A stretch of DNA of 43,142 nt, from contig JAHLWR010000029.1 in NCBI GenBank assembly GCA_019057815.1, positions 1-43,142 of the forward strand, written 5' to 3'. The DNA comes from Candidatus Heimdallarchaeota archaeon. Its GTDB lineage: Archaea; Asgardarchaeota; Heimdallarchaeia; Heimdallarchaeales; Heimdallarchaeaceae. The position numbers and the translations under genes were made by a program. A model generated the notes under the pieces. That model worked only from the letters and a program-made list of their open reading frames with translations. It had not been told where the DNA came from and made no database searches. This document shows, in pieces, positions 1 through 9,969 of this stretch (positions are counted from its first letter, which is position 1; each line of letters opens with the position of its first letter).

Positions 1-51
1 TTTTTTAACTACAACTTTTCTAAGTTTCACCAGGTTACGTTTGGGTTTCAT
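1..51 (-). CDS. 5' end of a gene running off the window (MKPKRNLVKLRKVVVKK...), divergent from the ABC permease
   Basis: Minus-strand ATG at 51 (in-frame GTG at 60) with GGAGG at 65-69; open to the window edge. Confidence 0.45.
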   Translation of the reverse strand, partial: MKPKRNLVKLRKVVVKK

Positions 52-174
52 GTTAATCACATACCCTCCGTAACCCACTCTTTTAAACTGTTACCAAGGT
101 GGGTTTAGTTAACAAAACAGAAACAGAAATAAAGGCAACATCTTTCAACAGATATAAACGCTTAAAGTGATGAT

Positions 175-1182
175 TTGTCTCTCAAAGGTTACATAACACG
201 TAGAGTTCTATATATAATCCCTTTAATGGTAGGTATAACTCTAATGAATTTCACTTTAATCAATGTCGCACCTGGTGATCCTATTCTTATTCGAATTGGT
301 CTACTCAAATGTGAGAACGCAGATTGCTACAACAGTGCTTACAATAGAGCTGCCATTGAGATGGGTCTCTTAGATCATGATTATTATTCAATCCCTTGGT
401 TTACTCGTTACGTTGAATTTTTGACTAAATTAACACACTTAGATTTTGGCAAAAGCTGGTATTATACAGTCGCAGGAGATGGGATACCTATATCAAAGAT
501 AATAAGAGATCATGCACCATATACAGTTATTTTGAATATCCTTTCGTTTGTTCTTTCATTAGTGCTTTCGGTCGCCATAGGAGTGATTTCAGCAACTCGA
601 GCAAGAAGTTTCTGGGACAGATCTCTTACAGTAGCGATGCTTCTAGGGTACTCCATGCCTCTTTTCTGGCTGGCAAAACTCCTGATGTATTCCTCATTCA
701 CGCTTTTTAACTTCACGGGAGTAGCAAATAAAGATGCTTTTATTAAGCCATTGTTGTTAAATCCCGTTTTTTATAAGTACTTGATACTACCGACCTTGGC
801 ATTAACACTTGGCCATTTAGTTTTCATGGCAAGATTAATACGTTCGCAACTGCTGGAAATCTTAAGGCAAGATTACATAACAACTGCTAGAGCCAAAGGT
901 GTCAATGATAGAGGTATAATCTATAAACACGCTTTTCGTAATGGGTTGCTACCTATAGTAACAATAATTGGAAGTTCACTTCCAGGATTATTAGGTGGAA
1001 GTGTAATGGTTGAATCTGTTTTTGGTTGGCCAGGTTTAGGAACATATTTCCTTGAAGCTGCGTTGTTCCGGGATTTCCCTTTTCTTATGGCAATCAACAC
1101 AATATTCCCGTTCTTATTCCTTGTATCGCGGTTACTAACAGATATAACGTATGTGTTTATAGACCCGAGAATCAAATACTAG
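175..1182 (+). CDS. dppB: Peptide/nickel ABC transporter permease (DppB/OppB family)
   Basis: YITRR...APGDP N-terminus, LDFGKS, EAA loop QDYITTARAKG, HAFRN, ESVFGWPGLG, C-terminal DPRIKY. Confidence 0.92.
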   Translation: MSLKGYITRRVLYIIPLMVGITLMNFTLINVAPGDPILIRIGLLKCENADCYNSAYNRAAIEMGLLDHDYYSIPWFTRYVEFLTKLTHLDFGKSWYYTVAGDGIPISKIIRDHAPYTVILNILSFVLSLVLSVAIGVISATRARSFWDRSLTVAMLLGYSMPLFWLAKLLMYSSFTLFNFTGVANKDAFIKPLLLNPVFYKYLILPTLALTLGHLVFMARLIRSQLLEILRQDYITTARAKGVNDRGIIYKHAFRNGLLPIVTIIGSSLPGLLGGSVMVESVFGWPGLGTYFLEAALFRDFPFLMAINTIFPFLFLVSRLLTDITYVFIDPRIKY

Positions 1183-1285
1183 GCATATTCACATCTTTTT
1201 TCACTTCTTTTTCTTAATTATATCAATTGCATTTTGACATTTACACAAAATCTATCATTTACACAAATTTAAAAGCAAGACAGTA

Positions 1286-2992
1286 ATGCTATATAATATA
1301 AGAATGACAACGTTTCTAAATAAAATCTACAAATCAGTTTTATCATCTGTTTTATGGTTAGTAGGTTTAATACTCTTTACAGTTGTTTTATTCGCTAAAA
1401 CACTTTTCATTATTAATGAAATGTTGATTCCTCGGGGTTTAAGAGAATTAGTACCGCATCTCAATTTATGGAGAAAATACTTTGTTTATACATCGAATCT
1501 TTTTTCTACTCCTCAGCAATTTGAAATAATTAAATTAGAGGAAGAGATTGATGAAGTTATCATAAAAGAAGAAAGGATAAATAAGGCTTACCCAATACAA
1601 AGGGGAGTAGGAGAAACATATGATCACCTGTTAATTGTTATCGTTATTATTTGGATTTCTATAGAAGTAATTCAAAGTAAAGCAACAAGTTTTGATGGGG
1701 TTATAGTAGGCTTTTTAGATAAATATGGATTAGAGGATGTTAATCCGATAGTTATTGCAATTTTTGCAATAATATTTTCAACAGTTATGGGAATTCTTTC
1801 ATCTGTTGCTATGATTTTTGGTCCTGTTTACGCAATATTCCATCGTTCAAGCTTAAGAATGGTTAAATTGGGTTCTTATCGGTGGAGTTCATTCTATCAG
1901 AAATTGGAAGATTTATTTGCTCTGCCATATATAGCTTCTAAGGCATCGTTTAGTTTTTTTGATTCTCCGCCTATCTCTCAAGAAACTTTTGAAGATTTCT
2001 CGATTGATTTATATGGAGATTTAGATAATATTAGAAAGCGAATAACGAATATACTCAATTTAGCTCCAACAGCGTTATCAGAGAGAATTAAGACGCTCTA
2101 CCTTCAATTTGTTTCCTCAGATTTTAAAGATCGAATAGACATGTCTTTAATCGAAGATCCTCTAGCTAGAGCTTTTTCCTTAGAAATTTGGCAAAAAGAG
2201 AATTCCATTTTCCCTTGGTTGAACAATCCTGGTTTGAAGCTTTTTGCTAATCGTAAAGACATGACTAAACAAGAAGCTAAACAAACGCTCCAATTTGTGA
2301 CTAATAAATTACAAGATAAATTTGTTTCCAGACATTTCTATAGCTCAATATTAATCACAGGAGCTCTCAAAGGCATTATGCAAGCAGAACAAACATCTGG
2401 TCACGAATTGAGTGATTTGGATTACAATCAGATCGCATATTCACTTGCTTTGGGAGCTCAAAGATATATTCTAGATCACTTCTCTAAACGCTCTTTCTTC
2501 AAAAGATGGATTTTAAGGATAAGAAACTTCGGTATCGGATTATTCGTTCCATTCTACGAATTGATTACAATTCTCATTTCTTACGTTAAGCATGTATCTA
2601 CCCATAATAAATCAATATTCAGTAAAAATTGGACACAAAGAGTAAAATATTTCTTCAACACTCGCTTTAAAGAAATCCAGCAAAGACTGAGAGATCGTTA
2701 TGTCCATGCAGAAAGAGAAATTGATGATGAAAGCAAACAAATTGCAAGAGAAACTTTCAAGATGGTTGGGAAAAGTTTTTTGTTTATAGCCAAAGTAGTT
2801 CTTGCTCTTCCTCTCAGTTTATATTATATCACGAAAACATTTTACACTCTAATCGCACTGATCTGGAGAAAAAGAAAACCTGAAGAAAGAAAGAAAAAAG
2901 CATTTGAAAAAGAAGTAGCAAAAGAGTCTTTATATTGCATGTATGATGAGATCTATTCCAAATTCATTTTAAAGACCTATTATTATAGCTAA
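1286..2992 (+). CDS. Hypothetical multi-pass membrane protein (568 aa)
   Basis: Long ORF; about 3 N-terminal hydrophobic segments, a soluble middle domain, further hydrophobic segments near the C-terminus; no recognised motif. Confidence 0.75.
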   Translation: MLYNIRMTTFLNKIYKSVLSSVLWLVGLILFTVVLFAKTLFIINEMLIPRGLRELVPHLNLWRKYFVYTSNLFSTPQQFEIIKLEEEIDEVIIKEERINKAYPIQRGVGETYDHLLIVIVIIWISIEVIQSKATSFDGVIVGFLDKYGLEDVNPIVIAIFAIIFSTVMGILSSVAMIFGPVYAIFHRSSLRMVKLGSYRWSSFYQKLEDLFALPYIASKASFSFFDSPPISQETFEDFSIDLYGDLDNIRKRITNILNLAPTALSERIKTLYLQFVSSDFKDRIDMSLIEDPLARAFSLEIWQKENSIFPWLNNPGLKLFANRKDMTKQEAKQTLQFVTNKLQDKFVSRHFYSSILITGALKGIMQAEQTSGHELSDLDYNQIAYSLALGAQRYILDHFSKRSFFKRWILRIRNFGIGLFVPFYELITILISYVKHVSTHNKSIFSKNWTQRVKYFFNTRFKEIQQRLRDRYVHAEREIDDESKQIARETFKMVGKSFLFIAKVVLALPLSLYYITKTFYTLIALIWRKRKPEERKKKAFEKEVAKESLYCMYDEIYSKFILKTYYYS

Positions 2993-3046
2993 ACATGTTT
3001 TGAACTATTAAAGCACGAAATTGTAAATTGTTTTCTATTTGATAAC

Positions 3047-3064
3047 TATAGTTCTAGAACTATA
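3047..3064. promoter_or_regulatory. Perfect 18-bp palindrome TATAGTTCTAGAACTATA, putative transcription-factor site
   Basis: Self-reverse-complementary; lies just upstream of a TTTAAT box (~3072-3077) about 25 nt before ATG 3101. Confidence 0.55.
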
Positions 3065-3100
3065 ATAAACCTTTAATGGCAAATTGTATGCTAATAACTA

Positions 3101-5101
3101 ATGAAAAAAATCTATGATTTCTTTTTAACAAAATTTTCTGATGGAATTAAAAAGCGATTAGAGAGAGAAATAAAGGTATTGACTGATGCTAACCCTAATG
3201 AACGTCTAAGAAAGAGTACAATTAAAGTTCTGAAGGAGTCACTAGAAGAAAAAGATTCCTCTGATATACTTCCTCTTGCCGAATTAAGTTGTTATATCAC
3301 ATTTAAAATGCAAGCAAATGAAGAATTTATTAAGGTATTAAAACAAGTAAAACACCCTTATATTGACATTTTTGTTGCCTATTTTGAGGAAAATCCTTCT
3401 AATTACCAAGAAACAATTCTAAAAATCGAGAAGTTAGCAAGCAAATTTAAGAAACATAGAGATTTTAATGAAGAGAAGTATTCGTCGATTATCACCATAC
3501 AATCATGGATTTACGGTCAACAGGGGGATATTGCTAAACTTAAAGAATTAAACAAGTACATAACAAAAAGAATTCAAGAAACAGAGAATAAGATTGAGCA
3601 ATTTGGACTACAAGATGCTTACTTGAATGTTATTTGGTGGTTCTTGCACTCAGGTTTAGAAACAAATATCGAAGAAATGATAGAATTTATTGATCCATAC
3701 ATCGAGAAATACAATTTCTATAAAATCAAAACTACATATCTAAACGTAAGGGGAGCTATTTCTAGCTTTATAGGAAATAATACAGAAGCTATGAAGAGCT
3801 TTCACGATCTTATTACAGTACATGAAGAATATAACGACAATTACAGATTATCCATTGCACGTGGTAATTTAGCAGAAACATATTTTGATATTGGTCAGCT
3901 TAATAAAGCTAAAGAAATGATGGAACAGGCAATAAGACTTTACAAAGAGTCTACAGGGAAGTGGCCTTTTCTATATCTCACAGAAATTGGTAATATCTAT
4001 TACGTTTTAGACGACCCAAGGGCAGAAGAATCATTCCTACATGCTTATGATATTCAAAAGAAAGAAAAATCTTTGCATAAGGCTTACATTCTCTATGAAG
4101 TAGTTCATTTTTATCTAAGAAAAGAAGATTTGAATAATGCTAAGAAATACTTGGGTGAACTAAGAACATTAGCTACAGAACTTGAAACTCCAATTATAAA
4201 TGCTCGAGTAGATTATCTTCGTGGTTTCTATCAAATGTTAAATCACAACTTATCAAACGCTCTAACATTTTTGAAATCAGCAAATGAACAATTTCAAACA
4301 TTCAAGGATATAGAACTAATTTTAGTTTGTAACATTCAACTTGCGGTTGTTCATCTTTTTTATTACCGTCTTCTTGAAAAGCAAGAATCGCTTAATTTAG
4401 CTCTTAACTATATTGAGAACGTAGTTCAGTTAGCGGTAGAAAACTCCCACAATCAGACATTAACCACAGGTTTAATGATTAAAGCGGTTCTTAACGCTGT
4501 CAATAACCAACAAAAAGAAGCTTTAGAAGCTATTGAAAAAGCAAAAAATATCATGAAAGATATTGATTTTGATAGATTGAAGAGAGATATTGAAGTTATC
4601 AAAACTAATATTGAAAGAGCTAAAGAAACTGGAATTATGGAAATTGAAGGGGAAAATTTCCTCGAATACATTTTACCTCAATTCAAAACTTTACTCTCAT
4701 TGAAAATGATACAAAAGAAAAGAAAGAAAGCAGAAGTTTTAGGTCTTCTCATAATCTCTGAAAGCGGGATTCCTATTTACTCCAAGTTAAAAGAAAGCTT
4801 AAAAGCCAATGATTTACTTCTTTCAGGTTTACTTATGGCTATTACCCATCTAGCTGGGGAAATAACTGAAAGTAAGGAGATGTGGAGACTTCAAGATGTT
4901 GATTATGAACATTTTACTATAACTATTCAAGCTATCAAAAAAGGTCTAATTGCTGTAATAGCAACTGAAATGACATCTGAAATCCGAATGTGGTCATCTT
5001 CTATTGCTGATAGAATCAAAGAAGTTCCTGTTGTTGTTACAAGATTTGTAGACGAAATACCTGAAAAGATTAAGGATCTGCTAGAAAGAATGAACATTTA
5101 A
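3101..5101 (+). CDS. TPR-repeat protein with C-terminal longin/roadblock-like domain
   Basis: TPR-like helices (GNLAETYFDIGQLNKAKEMMEQAI); C-terminal LLIISESGIPIYS...LLSGLLMAI pattern typical of Asgard longin/roadblock-like domains. Confidence 0.78.
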   Translation: MKKIYDFFLTKFSDGIKKRLEREIKVLTDANPNERLRKSTIKVLKESLEEKDSSDILPLAELSCYITFKMQANEEFIKVLKQVKHPYIDIFVAYFEENPSNYQETILKIEKLASKFKKHRDFNEEKYSSIITIQSWIYGQQGDIAKLKELNKYITKRIQETENKIEQFGLQDAYLNVIWWFLHSGLETNIEEMIEFIDPYIEKYNFYKIKTTYLNVRGAISSFIGNNTEAMKSFHDLITVHEEYNDNYRLSIARGNLAETYFDIGQLNKAKEMMEQAIRLYKESTGKWPFLYLTEIGNIYYVLDDPRAEESFLHAYDIQKKEKSLHKAYILYEVVHFYLRKEDLNNAKKYLGELRTLATELETPIINARVDYLRGFYQMLNHNLSNALTFLKSANEQFQTFKDIELILVCNIQLAVVHLFYYRLLEKQESLNLALNYIENVVQLAVENSHNQTLTTGLMIKAVLNAVNNQQKEALEAIEKAKNIMKDIDFDRLKRDIEVIKTNIERAKETGIMEIEGENFLEYILPQFKTLLSLKMIQKKRKKAEVLGLLIISESGIPIYSKLKESLKANDLLLSGLLMAITHLAGEITESKEMWRLQDVDYEHFTITIQAIKKGLIAVIATEMTSEIRMWSSSIADRIKEVPVVVTRFVDEIPEKIKDLLERMNI

Positions 5102-5141
5102 TTTCCTAGTATATTCGTCCAATTGAGTTTTTCGATTTACA

Positions 5142-6707
5142 TTGTGGAGCAACAATTTTAAAAGACTAGTTCCAGTTATACTGACATTGAATAACGTAGA
5201 ACATTATAAAGAATCTATCTCTTTTGTAGAAACCCCTAAGCTTATTGCAAGATTAATGGTTAATTTAATTAGTAGTAAAATAATAATGAAGAGGGAAGCA
5301 TTAATTCTAGATTCTGGATGTGGAAAAGGGGTTTTTTTAGAAGAATTGTTGCAAGCAAGCTATACAAATGTCGAAGGAATAGAAATCGATTCTTCACTTT
5401 GTGAAACGTGTAAAACGAAATTTAGAGAGTTTAAAATTCATAATAAAGATTATTTAGATTGGAATTATGATAAAAAATTCGATGTTATCATTGGAAACCC
5501 TCCCTATTCGCACTACAATTCTTTACCTATCAATATTAGGGAGAAGGTTTTTACTCTCTCAAAAAACCGTGAATCTGACATTTATTACGCTTTCATTATT
5601 AAATCTATCAACCTCTTGAAAGAAGATGGAGAACTAATCTACATAGTTCCCTATAGCTTTTTCTACAATACTTTTGCTAGATGTGTTAGAGAGAAAATTA
5701 TCACTAATGGGTATTTTGAACTAGTTATTGACCTCGATGAAGTGCGCTTATTTGAAGGAGAAAAACCTGAAACGATTATTTTTAAGTTTAGAAAAAGTAA
5801 ATTGAAACCAAGTGATAACACACTCTATTTACAATTAAAGAGGAAGAAAGCTAGTATTAGTCAAATATTCTCACTAGTTAATGTCGCACTTAAAAAGCAA
5901 GAAAGTAATGAGATTTTTCACTATCATAAGAAAAAAATGTTCGCTTCAGCTGACGACGTATGGACAACACACCCAGAAATAAGAATTCCAAAATCAAAAC
6001 CTTTACATGAGTTAGCTTTTGTTGGTGTAGGTTTAGTCTCAGGATATGAAAAAGCCTTTCAAATAAAAGAAGAAGAGATAAAGCAGCTAAATTTTAACGA
6101 AAAATCAATTATCAAATCATTTGTCAAGGCCAAACACTGCAAAGGATATTGGACTGAAGGTGAAACAAAATATTTCATTATAGATGACAAAATCACAGAA
6201 GAAAGTTATGTAGAAGATTCTTTTCCTTATTTTTATGATAAAATAAAAAAATTCAAAGAAGATATGAAGAAGAGATACCTCCCCAAAAGCAAAAGCTGGT
6301 TCCATTGGCAAGCTTTACGCAATATAAAAAAACATGATCTATATTCTGAAAAACCAAAAATCTTTGTACCAACTCTTGATCGTAGTTTAACAAACCGATT
6401 CAGTCTTACTTCTAAACGAGTATATCCCTCTGGAGATGTTTTAACAATTGTTCCTATAGATGTTAATCCTTTCTTTTTATTAGGTTACTTAAACAGCGAT
6501 TTTTTCAGAAAATACTTTTTTTCACACGGTGCGAGAAGAGGTCACAGAATGGCATTTACTCAAAGGGTGATGTCCAATATTAAGATCCCACTATTTGAAA
6601 AAAAAGTGTCCTCTAGAATTGCATCTATTGCTAAAGAAATCTACATCAAAAAGAATCTGAAACATAAAGACGAATTAAATATATTGATTAGTAGAGTTCT
6701 AGAGTAG
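5142..6707 (+). CDS. DNA N6-adenine methyltransferase, gamma class (TaqI/Eco57I-like); start codon uncertain
   Basis: Motif X (ETP), motif I LDSGCGKG, motif IV IGNPPY, YIVP, C-terminal TRD with FLLGYLNS. Confidence 0.88.
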   Translation: MWSNNFKRLVPVILTLNNVEHYKESISFVETPKLIARLMVNLISSKIIMKREALILDSGCGKGVFLEELLQASYTNVEGIEIDSSLCETCKTKFREFKIHNKDYLDWNYDKKFDVIIGNPPYSHYNSLPINIREKVFTLSKNRESDIYYAFIIKSINLLKEDGELIYIVPYSFFYNTFARCVREKIITNGYFELVIDLDEVRLFEGEKPETIIFKFRKSKLKPSDNTLYLQLKRKKASISQIFSLVNVALKKQESNEIFHYHKKKMFASADDVWTTHPEIRIPKSKPLHELAFVGVGLVSGYEKAFQIKEEEIKQLNFNEKSIIKSFVKAKHCKGYWTEGETKYFIIDDKITEESYVEDSFPYFYDKIKKFKEDMKKRYLPKSKSWFHWQALRNIKKHDLYSEKPKIFVPTLDRSLTNRFSLTSKRVYPSGDVLTIVPIDVNPFFLLGYLNSDFFRKYFFSHGARRGHRMAFTQRVMSNIKIPLFEKKVSSRIASIAKEIYIKKNLKHKDELNILISRVLE

Positions 6708-6837
6708 AAAACAATAGTTTTCTTCAATATGGAATATATGATGAGATAATCAACATCATACGAAAATTTAAAGGTAGTTTTTGGTTATTTATAACAAAAC
6801 AATAAACTTTGCTTAGAAGAAACAAGTTGGTGAAAGA

Positions 6838-7428
6838 ATGAGTGATAAATCCTGCCCTTACGAAAATGAAATAACCTTTATTATATACCAACAGTTTTTC
6901 AGAGAACCAAACCACATAATAGATAGAAGTGGAAAAAAGAAAATCAAAGTTAAGAATTGCGATATAGTAATTAAGAAGCTGAAAGAAAAAATCATCGATC
7001 ATTGCTTTCTGTTTGTAGAAAGAAAAGAAAAAGAGTTTATTAAAGCACTTGGAGAGGATTTCGGGATAGAAACAAGCACCATTGTAGAACATTATACAGC
7101 TCAAATTGAAAGTTTAGGAGCAATGGAAGATGAAGATATGAGTATTAAAATGACAATGGCTTTAAGTGGGATTATTTCTGTACTGCAAAAACAAGAAATA
7201 AGTAGGTCTCATTCAATATTACGTGAAAAAATCGGAAAAGCAGTTACAGACAAAAGATTTACAGAGATTCTAAACATGTGTGCACAACATGCAGATAATG
7301 ATTTATCATTATTGCATAATCTATCAATCTTAACAAAATATTCTCAAATAGTAGATGTTCAAGTCTCACCAGTATATTTTGATAAACATTCAAAATTAGT
7401 TATGAAAAAAATACTAAAGCTTGTTTAA
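6838..7428 (+). CDS. Hypothetical soluble protein (196 aa)
   Basis: ATG ORF with protein-like composition; 15-nt convergent overlap with the next gene. Confidence 0.7.
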   Translation: MSDKSCPYENEITFIIYQQFFREPNHIIDRSGKKKIKVKNCDIVIKKLKEKIIDHCFLFVERKEKEFIKALGEDFGIETSTIVEHYTAQIESLGAMEDEDMSIKMTMALSGIISVLQKQEISRSHSILREKIGKAVTDKRFTEILNMCAQHADNDLSLLHNLSILTKYSQIVDVQVSPVYFDKHSKLVMKKILKLV

Positions 7429-8871
7429 GGAATTAAGAGTCAACTTTTTCTTATTTCTAAATATACTTAGCACATGAACCTCTTTATTTTCTCTAATAGA
7501 GCCATTTTGAGGATTTAGTGTACTTCTTGTAACATTCTGTTTGATAAAATCATTTTGTTGCTCTACTATTGTACTTGAAATATTAGATATTGAAATAAAT
7601 ACATCTACAGAATAGTGATCTGAACCTGTGTTAGCGTGAGGTGTATCTCCTGTTGTTGAGTTAATTAAACTCTCTGCAAAAAATTGATTTACAATAATGT
7701 AGTCTATCCTTGAATTGTATCTTGAATCTGTATGACCATAAGTGTGACCAATCTCTGTGGGGTTTAGCGTTCTAAAAACATCAGTAAAAGTATGTATTGT
7801 TGAAGAGTATTGTCCATAGACTGGGTCATCAGGGCAGAGGAGCATAGTTAGAGGACCATAACCCAAATCGCCTATTGGAGCTAAATCTCCAGTATCAAAA
7901 GGTGAGAATGAATTTATATCACCTAGATAGATAATCGGAACGTCTCCTAATTCATCCATGTAATTAATTATCCCTTGCTGTTCTAACACTCTTCGCAAAG
8001 TGTTATTAGAAGATTGCGTATCTCCCATTGCTTTAAGATGCGTACCTATGAAATGTGTAACCGTACCACTTATGTTAACAACACCATCAATAAACGGATG
8101 AGTAACCATATATGTACTATTATCGTCCAAAATCACTGAAGGTATATCTATGAAATCTATTATTGGATATCGACTAAGTATTGCTTCCCCACTGTAAGTG
8201 TCAGTGTAGACTTGTGAAGTATACCCTCTAAATGGTGCTTCTTCATAGAAATGCATGTTGAAATCGTTAACATACCTCCTTAAACGCATGTTATTACTAT
8301 CATCCCAAATACCAGTTTCTATACAAACCATGATATCAGGATTTTCTTCATAGACAACTTCTTTCCAATCTGGATTTTGTCCTCCTCCATCGATATTGTA
8401 TGTCATTAACTTGAAAATATCTGAAGGTGGATCATTGATATAGTTATCAACTATTACAACAATTTCAGTTTCATTAACATAACCACTTGTACTAACAGCT
8501 TTTGCTAATAATGTATGTGGTCCATCTGAGAATTGTGTTGTATTCCAAACAGTTGAGTTCGTCTCTGAAAATAGCGTATTATCGATGTATATCGAGTATT
8601 CAAGCTCCTCAACTTCACAAATAGCATTTTTATCAGAGTAACATTTTTCGATTTCTCCTGAAGGATAAATCACAGTAACCTCTGCTGTAAAGCTAATGTT
8701 AACAACACCAGAAGAAAGTTTTGTAATTGATGGTTCATCAAATTGCATGTTAATAGAGACAACTGTAGAGTGCCTTATACTAAAGTAAGTAATAAGACCT
8801 ATAGAAGATGTAATAATGATAATACCAGTAATTATTGAAAATATTTTGATGTTTAACTTCATTTTTCTCAC
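7414..8871 (-). CDS. Membrane-anchored endonuclease/exonuclease/phosphatase (EEP) family protein with Ig-like domain
   Basis: N-terminal TM helix; Ig-like WNTTQFSDGPHTLLAKA; EEP motifs TYNI, CIE, THLKA, LGDINS, RIDYI, SDH. Confidence 0.87.
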   Translation of the reverse strand: MRKMKLNIKIFSIITGIIIITSSIGLITYFSIRHSTVVSINMQFDEPSITKLSSGVVNISFTAEVTVIYPSGEIEKCYSDKNAICEVEELEYSIYIDNTLFSETNSTVWNTTQFSDGPHTLLAKAVSTSGYVNETEIVVIVDNYINDPPSDIFKLMTYNIDGGGQNPDWKEVVYEENPDIMVCIETGIWDDSNNMRLRRYVNDFNMHFYEEAPFRGYTSQVYTDTYSGEAILSRYPIIDFIDIPSVILDDNSTYMVTHPFIDGVVNISGTVTHFIGTHLKAMGDTQSSNNTLRRVLEQQGIINYMDELGDVPIIYLGDINSFSPFDTGDLAPIGDLGYGPLTMLLCPDDPVYGQYSSTIHTFTDVFRTLNPTEIGHTYGHTDSRYNSRIDYIIVNQFFAESLINSTTGDTPHANTGSDHYSVDVFISISNISSTIVEQQNDFIKQNVTRSTLNPQNGSIRENKEVHVLSIFRNKKKLTLNSLNKL

Positions 8872-9120
8872 AGGAAGGGCTTTTCTTTAAAGCTAAAAGT
8901 ATTGAAATTCACAAATATCTCTAGAAGTAACTTTAGGCTTTAAAACCATCAAATAACGTTTCATGTTAATTCAATTTAAATCTTTAGATTTTCAGATAGA
9001 TTATTTACAGCTGTAAAATTTAGAAAAAACTATTTCTTTTAAAAAATCACTACTCAAGTAGAAATAAAGATTAAGCAAAATAATATAAATTCTCTTTAGA
9101 AACATTATTTAAATAAATAA

Positions 9121-9480
9121 TTGTATTGTTTCTATAAAAGAGGAAAAATAATGCTACTACTATATAAAGATAAGATTTTAAAAGAGTTAATTGAAAAATA
9201 TACTAAGCGCGACAAATCGCTTGAATCAATTGTTCTTTATGGTTCAGTAGCAAGGGATGATTATACAGCTAATAGTGATATAGATATATTACTAATTACA
9301 CTGGATATTCAACATACAAAAGAGATATTTTCGCAATTCAGATCTGAGTTGTATTCAACTACAGGAATAACTATTACAGCTATTTATTCTAACTATCAGA
9401 ACTTTCTTACAAGCATTGAACCTCTGTATAACAATATAAGAAAAGAAGGTAAAACACTATGGAAAAGAAAGAGGATTTAG
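9121..9480 (+). CDS. Minimal nucleotidyltransferase (MNT); more likely start ATG 9151
   Basis: YGSVAR...SDIDI (GS-x10-DxD) motif; overlaps the HEPN gene. Confidence 0.88.
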   Translation: MYCFYKRGKIMLLLYKDKILKELIEKYTKRDKSLESIVLYGSVARDDYTANSDIDILLITLDIQHTKEIFSQFRSELYSTTGITITAIYSNYQNFLTSIEPLYNNIRKEGKTLWKRKRI

Positions 9481-9869
9481 AAAAAATTGTTAAGCAATTA
9501 ATTATCCGAAGCGAAGATAAGCTAGATTCTGCACAAATATTACTAAAAGAAGAAAAATACGATGATTCTATAAGCAGAGCATATTATGCTGCATTTCTAG
9601 CTGTAAGAGGACTATTATTACTACTAGGAGATTCACCTAGATCCCATAGTGGACTGATAACGATGTTTGGTTTAAAAGTAATAAAACAAGGATTACTTTC
9701 CAGAGAGATTGGAAAGGCTTTGAATGAATTATTTGAAGCTAGACAAACAAGTGATTACTCAATATTTGTTTATTACTCAAAGGATGACTGTCTAAAATAT
9801 ATCGAAAATTCAAGAAAAATAACAGACGAAATTAAAACAATTATGGCTGTAAAATTTGGTATTGAATAA
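9459..9869 (+). CDS. HEPN domain protein (UPF0332/COG1895 type)
   Basis: ISRAYYAAF, RSHSG and RQTSDY motifs. Confidence 0.9.
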   Translation: MEKKEDLEKIVKQLIIRSEDKLDSAQILLKEEKYDDSISRAYYAAFLAVRGLLLLLGDSPRSHSGLITMFGLKVIKQGLLSREIGKALNELFEARQTSDYSIFVYYSKDDCLKYIENSRKITDEIKTIMAVKFGIE

Positions 9870-9969
9870 ATTCTTGATAACATTGAAAAATACTTTCTTG
9901 TTATTTTTACTTCCAATATCCTCCGTCATTTAAGTTTATATATTCAAATATTATTTTTTTTAAAGAATA

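Noticed and set aside
6724-7104. 126-aa minus-strand ORF, and the other short antisense or alternate-frame ORFs in the track
   Set aside because: They overlap better-supported genes and have shadow-ORF composition with no motifs
5142-8871. Restriction-modification system formed by the MTase and the EEP nuclease
   Set aside because: The EEP protein is on the opposite strand, membrane-anchored and apparently extracellular; this family is not a typical restriction enzyme
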